Assembly (NCBI GenBank): GCA_964595265.1
Contig: CAZQPV010000001.1
Location: 4,632-39,416 of the forward strand
Length of the DNA: 34,785 bases
DNA from: an uncultured Fimbriimonadales bacterium
Lineage (GTDB): Bacteria; Armatimonadota; Fimbriimonadia; Fimbriimonadales; GBS-DC
Reading direction: 5' to 3'
The position numbers were made by a program, and so were the translations under genes. This document shows, piece after piece, positions 18,253-25,128 of the stretch (the first letter of the stretch is position 1; each line of letters starts with the position of its first letter). The notes beneath the pieces are model-generated. The model ran no database searches, was not told where the DNA came from, and saw nothing but the letters and a program-made list of their open reading frames with translations.

Positions 18253-18299
18253 TCCCAGATGTTTGGGGATTAAGCGCATAAATCCCCTACATCTTGGGG
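18253..18299. promoter_or_regulatory. Two 16-bp palindrome-like sites (candidate tandem NrdR boxes) that together form a ~45-bp imperfect palindrome in the nrdR leader
   Basis: The sites are TCCCAGATGTTTGGGG (18253-18268) and CCCCTACATCTTGGGG (18284-18299), with centres 31 bp apart. The second fits the remembered NrdR-box core C-w-A-n-A-T-n-T-w-G. GGGGATT (18265-18271) and AATCCCC (18281-18287) are perfectly complementary. Confidence 0.45.
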
Positions 18300-18307
18300 C
18301 TGCCTAT

Positions 18308-18337
18308 ATTATGGCATGCCCCTGACCCATTTGTCAA
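18308..18337 (-). promoter_or_regulatory. Putative nrdR promoter (TTGACA-N18-CATAAT)
   Basis: The minus strand reads cTTGACAaatgggtcaggggcatgcCATAATataggcag. The -35 is at 18332-18337 and the -10 at 18308-18313, which places the two palindromic sites just downstream of the predicted start site. Confidence 0.4.
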
Positions 18338-18348
18338 GGGGTCAGGGG
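18319..18348. repeat. Perfect 10-bp inverted repeat CCCCTGACCC/GGGTCAGGGG with a 10-nt spacer, between the divergent nrdR and serS genes
   Basis: Read directly: CCCCTGACCC at 18319-18328 and GGGTCAGGGG at 18339-18348. The spacer contains the reverse complement of TTGACA. Confidence 0.6.
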
Positions 18349-18409
18349 CAAAAAGGGGCAGATTTAACATTCTCTCCAGCCCCGTTGGCGCGACGGGTAC
18401 AATTGGGCT

Positions 18410-19687
18410 ATGCTGGACTACCGTCGTTTGCGCAACGAGCCTGAGTTCGTTAAGGAGTCGCTGGCGAAACGGGGCTATGACCCCTCGATGGTGGATGAGT
18501 GGCTCGCTGTCGACACGCGCTGGCGCGAGCTGACCACGCAGGTGGAACAGCTCACCGCCGAGCAGAACCGCGTCTCTAAAGAGATTCCCCAGCGTAAAAA
18601 AGCAGGCGAAGATGTGGAGCCGCTCCTGACCCAGATGCGGGCGCTCAGCGAGCAAATCAAGCAGCTCGAAGCCCAGAAGCGCGAGCTGGAATCTCAGCGG
18701 GAACAGATGCTGTTGATGTTCCCTAACATCCCGCATGCCAGCACCCCGGTCGGCGCGGACGCCAGCCAGAATGTGGAGGTCCGTCGTGGCGGGCAACCGC
18801 ACCCCTTCTCCTTTGAACCCAAACCCCACTGGGAGATTGCCGAAAATCTCGGGTTGATAGACTTTGAGCGCGGCGCCAAAATCAGCGGCAGCGGCTTTAT
18901 GGTCTACACAGGCGTGGGCGCACGGCTGGAACGCGCCCTTATCAACTTCATGCTGGATTTGCATATCCGTGAACACGGCTACACGGAAGTGTTTCCCCCG
19001 TTTCTGGTACGCCCTGAAGTGATGGTGGGTACAGGGCAGCTGCCCAAGTTTGAGGAGGAGATGTACCGCTGTGCCGACGACCCGCTCTACCTCATCCCGA
19101 CTGCAGAAGTGCCCGTGACCAACCTGTATCGCGAAGAGATTCTGAACGCGTCCGACTTGCCGTTGAATCTGGTGGCATATTCGCCCTGTTTTCGGCGTGA
19201 GGCAGGCGCGGCGGGCAGGCTCACACGGGGGCTATTGCGCGTGCATCAGTTCAACAAGGTGGAGCTGGTGAAGCTCACCCTGCCCGAAAATTCCTACGAA
19301 GAGCATGAGCGCCTGCTGCGGGATGCCGAGACGGTACTTCAGCGTCTGGAATTGCCCTACCGGATTATGTTGCTCTGCACGGGCGATCTGGGTTTCGCCG
19401 CGGCGAAATGCTACGATTTAGAAGTGTGGTCGCCCGGTGTGCAGCAGTGGCTGGAGGTGTCTTCGTGCAGTAACTTTGAGGACTTTCAGGCGCGGCGGGC
19501 GAACATCCGCTTCCGTCGGGAACCGACCGCACGCCCGGAGTTCGTGCATACGCTGAACGCCTCAGGCGTCGCCACCCCGCGTCTGATGGCGGCAATTCTG
19601 GAAAACTATCAGCAGGAAGACGGCTCGGTGGTCATCCCCCACGCCCTGCACCCGTATATGGATGGGTTAGAGGTGATTCGTCCCTGA
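18410..19687 (+). CDS. serS: Seryl-tRNA synthetase
   Basis: It begins MLDYRRLRNEPE with an N-terminal coiled-coil arm, then class II motifs (FRREAG, RVHQFNKVE, NASGVATPR). Confidence 0.95.
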   Translation: MLDYRRLRNEPEFVKESLAKRGYDPSMVDEWLAVDTRWRELTTQVEQLTAEQNRVSKEIPQRKKAGEDVEPLLTQMRALSEQIKQLEAQKRELESQREQMLLMFPNIPHASTPVGADASQNVEVRRGGQPHPFSFEPKPHWEIAENLGLIDFERGAKISGSGFMVYTGVGARLERALINFMLDLHIREHGYTEVFPPFLVRPEVMVGTGQLPKFEEEMYRCADDPLYLIPTAEVPVTNLYREEILNASDLPLNLVAYSPCFRREAGAAGRLTRGLLRVHQFNKVELVKLTLPENSYEEHERLLRDAETVLQRLELPYRIMLLCTGDLGFAAAKCYDLEVWSPGVQQWLEVSSCSNFEDFQARRANIRFRREPTARPEFVHTLNASGVATPRLMAAILENYQQEDGSVVIPHALHPYMDGLEVIRP

Positions 19688-20026
19688 GCCTATGTTCTCG
19701 TTATCCCATTGTTCGGCGAACTGGCGGATGGTGTGTAGCAATTCCGCCAGCCGCTCGCCGCGCGGGGTAAACCGATACTCCACATGCGGCGGGATCGTAG
19801 GATACGCAATTCGCTGGAGGATGCCGTATCGCTCCAGTTTGCGCACGCGCTCCTGAAGCACTTTGGGGGTTAGCCCTGGCAGGGCGCGCTCCAGCTGACC
19901 GGGGCGGCAAATCCCCCTTGAGATGGCGTCCAGTATCTCCAGCGTCCACTTGCACTTGAGAATGTCGGTCAGGCACGCATAGACTTCGGCGTGGGGATAG
20001 CCTTCCATTTCACGCACAATTTTCAT
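19667..20026 (-). CDS. HxlR-family winged-helix transcriptional regulator
   Basis: It shows the typical HxlR pattern (KWTLEILDAI..G..RPGQLERALPGLTPKVLQERVRKLERYGIL.R...P..PPHVEY.FT.RG). Its start overlaps the recN stop (ATGA), and its 3' end overlaps serS by 21 nt. Confidence 0.85.
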   Translation of the reverse strand: MKIVREMEGYPHAEVYACLTDILKCKWTLEILDAISRGICRPGQLERALPGLTPKVLQERVRKLERYGILQRIAYPTIPPHVEYRFTPRGERLAELLHTIRQFAEQWDNENIGSGTNHL

Positions 20027-21687
20027 AACGGAACCTCCTCGGCTTGTTTTTGCAGAAGTTCGCGGGCGTGTTGCAGGGCGGTCTCGGTGGCTTCCCCTGC
20101 GAGCATGCGGGCGATTTCCGCCACGCGCGCCTCGCCTGCGAGCGGGGTTATCGCGACGCGGGTGCGCTCGCCTTCCACAAACTTTTCAATTAGGAAGTGC
20201 GTGCCCGCGCGGCTGGCAATCTGCGGCAGGTGCGTGATGCAGAGAATCTGGAAATGCTCCGCCAGATGCGCCAGCTTCTCGCCGACATAGTACGCTGTGC
20301 GCCCGCCCAAGCCCGCATCAATCTCGTCGAACACCAGCGTCGGCACGGGCGAGGCGTCCGCCAGCACGGCTTTGAGCGCGAGCATCACGCGCGACATCTC
20401 GCCCCCGGAGGCAATTTTGTTGAGCGGGCGCGGCGGCTCGCCCGGATTGGCGGAAAACAAAAACTCTATTGCGTCTACCCCCGAAGAGTCCATCGGTTTG
20501 GGGGTGATGGCGACTTCGAACAGGGCGCGTTCCATCGCCAGCTCGCGCAGATGCCCCTGCACAGCCTGAGCGAAGCGTTCTGCCCCTGCACGGCGCAGTT
20601 CCGAAAGTTGCGCACAGAGCTGCTCTGCCTCCGCCTGCGCCTGTGTTAGTTCCTGCTCAACCACCTCGCGCCGCTCAGACTGATGCTCCAGCGCCTGCAG
20701 TTTCTGTTCCGCCTCGGTGGCGTATGCCAGAATTGCCTCAATCGTGTCGCCATACTTGCGCTTGAGGCGCTTGATGAGTTCCAGCCTTGCAATCACCTGC
20801 TCCAGCCGTTCGGGGTCGTATTCCACCGTTTCCGTATACTGGCGCAGAGTGTGGGCGACTTCTTCCAGCAGGGCGAGCGCGCTCTCCAGCTGCTCTTGAG
20901 CGGCGCTCATACTGGGGTCAATCCGGCAGATTTCGGTGAGGTTGCGGCTGGCGGAGGCGGCGAGGTCATACGCGCTCCCCTCGCCCATCAGCCACTCGTA
21001 GGCGGCACCCGCCAGCGACAGCAGACGCTCGGCGTGCGTCAGGCGTCGTTCTTCCGTGAGCAGATGCTCCTCTTCGTCGGGGGTCAACTCGGCGGCGCGA
21101 ATCTCCTCCACCTGAAAGCGATACAAGTCCAGCATTTGCTCGCGCTCGCGTTCGCGGGCAATCAGTTCTTGCAGCTCGTTTTGCAGGCTTCGGAACCTTT
21201 GTACGGCGTCCCGCACGCGCACCCGCAGTTGCAACGCCGGCTCCCCCAGCCAGCGATCCAGTAGCTCCAGATGCTGGCTGGGCTTGAGCAGCGACTGGTG
21301 TTCGTGCTGACCGTGCAGGTCTACGAGCCGTTCACCCAGCGCTTTGAGCGTACCCAGCGGCACGGGTTGCCCGTTCACCCGAGCCAGCGAGCGCCCCCCC
21401 GCCTGCACCTCGCGATAAAGATAGAGCGCGCCGTCCTCCAGCTCAATCCCCAGGTCAGCGAGTTCTAATGAAGGCGACGGCAGGAAGACGGCGCTGACCT
21501 TGAGGCGGTCGGCGCCTGCGCGGATTAGCGTCGGGTCAGCGCGGTCGCCCAGCACCAGCCCCAGCGCGTCCAGCAGAATCGACTTCCCCGCCCCCGTCTC
21601 ACCCGTTAACACATTCAAGCCGGGCTGGAAATCCACCTCCAGCCTGTCAATAATCGCCAGGTTCTCCACATACAGGCTCTGGAGCAT
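20023..21687 (-). CDS. recN: DNA repair protein RecN (SMC-like ATPase)
   Basis: It has an N-terminal Walker A (LTGETGAGKS), a long coiled-coil, a signature-like ASGGEMSR and Walker B LVFDEIDAGLGG. Confidence 0.93.
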   Translation of the reverse strand: MLQSLYVENLAIIDRLEVDFQPGLNVLTGETGAGKSILLDALGLVLGDRADPTLIRAGADRLKVSAVFLPSPSLELADLGIELEDGALYLYREVQAGGRSLARVNGQPVPLGTLKALGERLVDLHGQHEHQSLLKPSQHLELLDRWLGEPALQLRVRVRDAVQRFRSLQNELQELIAREREREQMLDLYRFQVEEIRAAELTPDEEEHLLTEERRLTHAERLLSLAGAAYEWLMGEGSAYDLAASASRNLTEICRIDPSMSAAQEQLESALALLEEVAHTLRQYTETVEYDPERLEQVIARLELIKRLKRKYGDTIEAILAYATEAEQKLQALEHQSERREVVEQELTQAQAEAEQLCAQLSELRRAGAERFAQAVQGHLRELAMERALFEVAITPKPMDSSGVDAIEFLFSANPGEPPRPLNKIASGGEMSRVMLALKAVLADASPVPTLVFDEIDAGLGGRTAYYVGEKLAHLAEHFQILCITHLPQIASRAGTHFLIEKFVEGERTRVAITPLAGEARVAEIARMLAGEATETALQHARELLQKQAEEVPL

Positions 21688-21775
21688 CGAGGGGAATTGT
21701 ACCTGTTAGCGACAATCATATGCAGAGTGGGATGATAAACCACCCTGCTAACACGGGACAGTGGAGAGGCGCCTC

Positions 21776-22396
21776 TCAGCGAAGTTTGTCTATGGCAAAG
21801 CCCACACTCCTAACTCCCGGGGTTCTAAGTTGACCTTCCCATATCTCTATGTTCATTATCACCTTCCAACCGTTCAACTCGAAGGTAAGATATGCATTGG
21901 GTATCATTTCATACATCACCTGTGCGCCAGCAGGAAGACCTGTCTGCGGGAAGGGTTGCTCCATCGTCTCAAAAAGATGCTTCATCGATGCGAGCAGCTC
22001 AAGGGCTTTCCCCTGAGCATCGTGTGGAAGTGAGTTGTACGCGAGCCACTGTCCGAGTCTCGGTCCATTCCATCGTTTTCCTAACTCCTCTATTGCTCGC
22101 GCAAGCCACTTTGCATATGCTTTTTCAGCCTCCTGAGTTAGCTTTTTGAAAATTTCTGACACGACTTTCATAATCTCATCGCGCTGCTCACTGGGAACCC
22201 CGCAAGAGAAGAGGAAGCTTATCTCCTCTGGGCGCGATTTGTCTCTGGATGGGCGAGACTTCGTTGTAGGCGACCGATTCGCAGGTTGCTCCGAACTTTG
22301 AGGGTAGGGTATTACGCTTACCACTTTTTGGGGATTGCCCCCCACTCCGGGGATGTCGTATGTAAGCCATACTTTACCGGCTAAATCAACGCGCAC
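21776..22396 (-). CDS. Hypothetical protein (206 aa from a GTG start; start uncertain), last gene of the AT-richer sigma operon
   Basis: The ORF has no family I recognise and no signal peptide, but it has a Pro/Ser-rich linker. It is co-oriented and closely spaced with the upstream genes. Confidence 0.4.
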   Translation of the reverse strand: MRVDLAGKVWLTYDIPGVGGNPQKVVSVIPYPQSSEQPANRSPTTKSRPSRDKSRPEEISFLFSCGVPSEQRDEIMKVVSEIFKKLTQEAEKAYAKWLARAIEELGKRWNGPRLGQWLAYNSLPHDAQGKALELLASMKHLFETMEQPFPQTGLPAGAQVMYEMIPNAYLTFELNGWKVIMNIEIWEGQLRTPGVRSVGFAIDKLR

Positions 22397-22453
22397 GAGA
22401 CCCTGCTGGAGAGCATCCTCAAAAGGTGTCTCCAGAACGCCACTCAGATACGC

Positions 22454-22939
22454 TCATGCGATCGCATTATAATGAGAACTCGGGTAAAGCACCGTATTCA
22501 CCCACTCTGCGACGAGGGAGCGTGCTGCATCGTTTTTGGAAAGGTCAAGGGAGCCGTTGCTCTGAAGGAGCATCTCCAGCAGCTCTGCCTCAAGACGTGC
22601 TCGCCCTTCTCCAACGCGCTTCGCTCCTGGTAGCAATAGGATTATCGTGCCCTCCCCTGCAAGCGAGCCCGACTCTATGTGCCATCCCCTCACTTCGGCT
22701 AGAGATAGCAATCCATCTCTGTCCCCCTGCTCAGCAACTGAAATAGCTGTAAGGGCATCTTCTCGCTCCTCAGGAACCGACACAACAACGCACGGGACGG
22801 CGATAGGTACGGACTCCGGCAGTGCCAGGCTCTTGTCCTGAGCGACTGCCAGCACATCCCCGAAAAGAGTGACCAGTATACCCAGCGCACATCGTAGATA
22901 AGCTCTCATGGTCTTACGATACAAGTTGTACCTGAACAT
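22454..22939 (-). CDS. Hypothetical secreted or membrane-anchored protein (161 aa)
   Basis: I chose the start at ATG 22939 because GGAGGG lies 3 nt upstream. The N-terminus MFRYNLYRKTMRAYLRCALGILVTLFGDVLAVAQD resembles a signal peptide. No recognisable family. Confidence 0.45.
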   Translation of the reverse strand: MFRYNLYRKTMRAYLRCALGILVTLFGDVLAVAQDKSLALPESVPIAVPCVVVSVPEEREDALTAISVAEQGDRDGLLSLAEVRGWHIESGSLAGEGTIILLLPGAKRVGEGRARLEAELLEMLLQSNGSLDLSKNDAARSLVAEWVNTVLYPSSHYNAIA

Positions 22940-22961
22940 GTTCCCTCCAGTATCTTGACTA

Positions 22962-23282
22962 CTATGCTTTCTCCCGCATTCCCGCATCTGGTGCCACCTG
23001 CACACATTGACATCTGTAAATCAATACCTTGTAGAGGCAACAGAGTCCACCAACTTGTGAGCACCCATCTCTCAAGCCTGCTGGAAACAACTCTCGAGAG
23101 CAGGCAACAGGGCAGATGTTACGCTGAGAGCAAAGCCATCTTTCTCCCTCGCAAATAGGCTGCGGTACAAGAATCTGCCCAGGAAGACTGGAGCTTACAC
23201 TTGCGCCTTCCTGTGCCATTGCATTTGCTACTACGAAAGCCATCGCAAATATAACCACCAATCTCAGTCCTGTGCGTAGCAT
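22962..23282 (-). CDS. Small Cys-rich secreted protein (106 aa; 9 Cys in an ~83-aa mature part)
   Basis: It has a signal-peptide-like N-terminus (MLRTGLRLVVIFAMAFVVANAMA|QEG). A strong Shine-Dalgarno (GGAGGTGA) lies 6 nt upstream of the ATG. Cysteines are spread through the mature region, including a CC pair. Confidence 0.5.
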   Translation of the reverse strand: MLRTGLRLVVIFAMAFVVANAMAQEGASVSSSLPGQILVPQPICEGERWLCSQRNICPVACSRELFPAGLRDGCSQVGGLCCLYKVLIYRCQCVQVAPDAGMREKA

Positions 23283-23350
23283 TTTTTGTCACCTCCGCAC
23301 TTAAAAATAGTCACCTCTTCCAGAGCGGCCACGTTTTTGTACTCCCTGAG

Positions 23351-24034
23351 TCACCTCTCACCCAACAACTCTCGCAGACGCGCCAGTGCCAACGCGCGTT
23401 GCTTGTTCACCCAAGCACAACTCATACTCAGCCGCTGCGCAATTTCGCGCTCTCCCAAGCCCTCTCCATAGATCCATTCCAGGATTTGACGCTGGACATT
23501 CGGCAACCTCTCAAGCGCTTCCCTCACCGCGCCGCAAAGCACTGCCTCTTCAACCGCCTCTTGTGCCCCCGGGTCCTCAAACTCCGCTTCTTCTCCTGTC
23601 TCTTCGTTTACGGGCATCTCCGCCACACATGCCCAGTGTCGTCTCAGGCGTTTCCACTCATCAAGGATTGCCCACACAGCACGCTGGTAAGCAAATGCCT
23701 CCAGAGGAACGCCTCGCTCGGGCTGGTAGTCGTGGAATGCTTGCCATACTGCAAGATGGGCGAGAGCAATCCGCTCCTCACGCCAGTAGTCCGCGTCGTA
23801 ATGCGGAGGTGGTGGAAGGCGGTTAGTTGAGGCAATAGCACGCTGGGCAGCGTGTTGGAGAGACGCTGGGAGTAAGGCGGGCAGGGTGTCGTAGTTACTG
23901 TCTCCCACGGGGCTCACCCCCCCCCGCAACACGGTGGAAGAGCGCAAGGGCACTCCCCCCAACATCCCGAATTGCGGCGTCTGAACCAGTACCGCCATAA
24001 GCATCGCTGCCCTCCCACTGAAAAGGATTCTCAT
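23351..24034 (-). CDS. Sigma-70 family RNA polymerase sigma factor (group 4/ECF-like) with an atypical N-terminal ~85 aa; true start uncertain
   Basis: The region-2-like block is IALAHLAVWQAFHDYQPERGVPLEAFAYQRAVWAILDEWKR. The region-4 HTH block is LPNVQRQILEWIYGEGLGEREIAQRLSMSCAWVNKQRALALARLREL. Confidence 0.7.
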   Translation of the reverse strand: MRILFSGRAAMLMAVLVQTPQFGMLGGVPLRSSTVLRGGVSPVGDSNYDTLPALLPASLQHAAQRAIASTNRLPPPPHYDADYWREERIALAHLAVWQAFHDYQPERGVPLEAFAYQRAVWAILDEWKRLRRHWACVAEMPVNEETGEEAEFEDPGAQEAVEEAVLCGAVREALERLPNVQRQILEWIYGEGLGEREIAQRLSMSCAWVNKQRALALARLRELLGER

Positions 24035-24127
24035 CCCTCGCGAAAATTCCTGCTAGTTTGAGAGACAAATCTGAAGGAATTCATCGCCCCACAAAACCGA
24101 TATCCTGTGCTGTACCCCCATACAAAG

Positions 24128-24230
24128 GTACAATTCCCCTCACCTTGAGCGAGCGGGCGCTGGTGATTCTGGGACCCACCGCCACGGGCAAGACGGCGGT
24201 GGGTATTCTGCTGGCGGAGGCGCTGAATGT
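24128..24230 (+). repeat. Direct repeat copy 1: duplicated miaA promoter (TACAAT at 24130-24135) plus the first ~28 codons
   Basis: Hand alignment to 25026-25128 shows 93 of the first 99 nt identical. The shared text starts ggtacaattcccctcaccttgagcgagcgggcgctggtgat. Confidence 0.9.
24146..24230 (+). pseudogene. Truncated miaA 5' fragment (TTG start, P-loop GPTATGKT retained, homology lost after codon ~28)
   Basis: It translates LSERALVILGPTATGKTAVGILLAEALN, then diverges and runs antisense through vapC (track ORF 24058..24693). Confidence 0.6.
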
Positions 24231-24721
24231 TATCCCTCTGGATCCAGCAAGGCACGCAGCTGCTCCCAATCTCCAGCCTCCACATCAAATGCCACCAGCC
24301 CCTCCCGACCTGCTGCCCGCAGCAAGCGATCGTCCGCACTCACGAACACCAGCCGCTCGCCCCCTGACTCTTGTCGCCTGCCCAACGCCGCCTGCAAATG
24401 CACTGCATCCGCAGCCGTCAGACTGTGACGCACCACCAGATCGACTACCACCGCCCAGTCCGACTCCGATAAACTTTGCAGCTGTATGTGTGTCCGATCG
24501 ATTGCCAGCTGCTGTACTAATCGCGCCAGCCCTGCCCGACTCATCTCCCCCCTATTCGCAAGCCGATGCAGTACCGCCACCACTTCTGCCAGACCCAGCC
24601 ACGCGCAAGCGATGCGACAGGCTGAATGGGCGGCAACATATTCTAGCAGCGCATGAACCGTTGCAGAACCAGGCTCCGCGACATAACGTTTGACCCACGC
24701 ACTCGATTCCAGATAGACCAT
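24230..24721 (-). CDS. vapC: PIN-domain toxin, VapC-like
   Basis: PIN signatures are present: N-terminal VYLESSAWVKRYVAEPGS (Glu where Asp is usual), TAADAVHLQAA, and FVSADDRLLRAA. It lies 5 nt downstream of the small upstream ORF. Confidence 0.72.
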   Translation of the reverse strand: MVYLESSAWVKRYVAEPGSATVHALLEYVAAHSACRIACAWLGLAEVVAVLHRLANRGEMSRAGLARLVQQLAIDRTHIQLQSLSESDWAVVVDLVVRHSLTAADAVHLQAALGRRQESGGERLVFVSADDRLLRAAGREGLVAFDVEAGDWEQLRALLDPEG

Positions 24722-24726
24722 CAGGT

Positions 24727-24984
24727 TTACTCCTGGCGCATCGCCTGAATGAGCTGGCTCGCCTTTGTGGGAGCAAGCGCCTGCGCAGCCTGCTGGCGTG
24801 CCTCTTCAAGGGAGGGCAACGGCTCGGTGAGGTTCAGTTGCCAGAGGGCGCAGAGTCGGTCAAAAAGGGGGTCGGTAGCAGGATGCAAATCCACCTCCAC
24901 CTGCGTGCCATCGGGCAGAGGCGGTTCCTGCTCCAGCTCTATTGTGCGCCCGCGTATCACTCCGCGTAAACCCATCACGCTCAC
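24727..24984 (-). CDS. Putative antitoxin, DUF104/AF2212-like N-terminal fold (85 aa from GTG 24984; alternative ATG at 24975)
   Basis: GVIRGRTIELEQEPPLPDGTQVEVDL resembles the short beta-rich DUF104 antitoxin pattern that pairs with PIN toxins. The gene is small and immediately upstream of vapC. Confidence 0.55.
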   Translation of the reverse strand: MSVMGLRGVIRGRTIELEQEPPLPDGTQVEVDLHPATDPLFDRLCALWQLNLTEPLPSLEEARQQAAQALAPTKASQLIQAMRQE

Positions 24985-25025
24985 CTGCTAAGAGGATACC
25001 TCATTTTGCCGCCTCTCCGTCCAAG

Positions 25026-25128
25026 GGTACAATTCCCCTCACCTTGAGCGAGCGGGCGCTGGTGATACTGGGACCCACTGCCACGGGCAAGACGGCGGTA
25101 GGCATGTTGCTGGCGGAGGCGCTGGACG
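25026..25128 (+). repeat. Direct repeat copy 2: native miaA promoter and 5' coding end
   Basis: See copy 1. TACAAT lies at 25028-25033 and the TTG start at 25044. Confidence 0.9.

Noticed and set aside
18349-18409. Possible T-box leader upstream of serS.
   Set aside because: The ATG lies 6 nt after the TACAAT box, so there is no space for a ~200-nt T-box. I saw no specifier or antiterminator structure.
21688-21775. Inverted repeat TGTTAGC...GCTAACA between the hypothetical gene and recN, considered as a terminator.
   Set aside because: The arms are only 7 bp and separated by a >30-nt spacer with no T-tract. It is more likely fortuitous, and the region is mainly the recN GGTACAAT promoter.
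24058-24693. 211-aa plus-strand ORF spanning the toxin gene.
   Set aside because: Only its first ~30 in-frame codons after the TTG at 24146 resemble a real protein (the miaA N-terminus). The rest is Pro/Ala-rich read-through antisense to vapC. I treat it as a truncated miaA remnant, not a gene.
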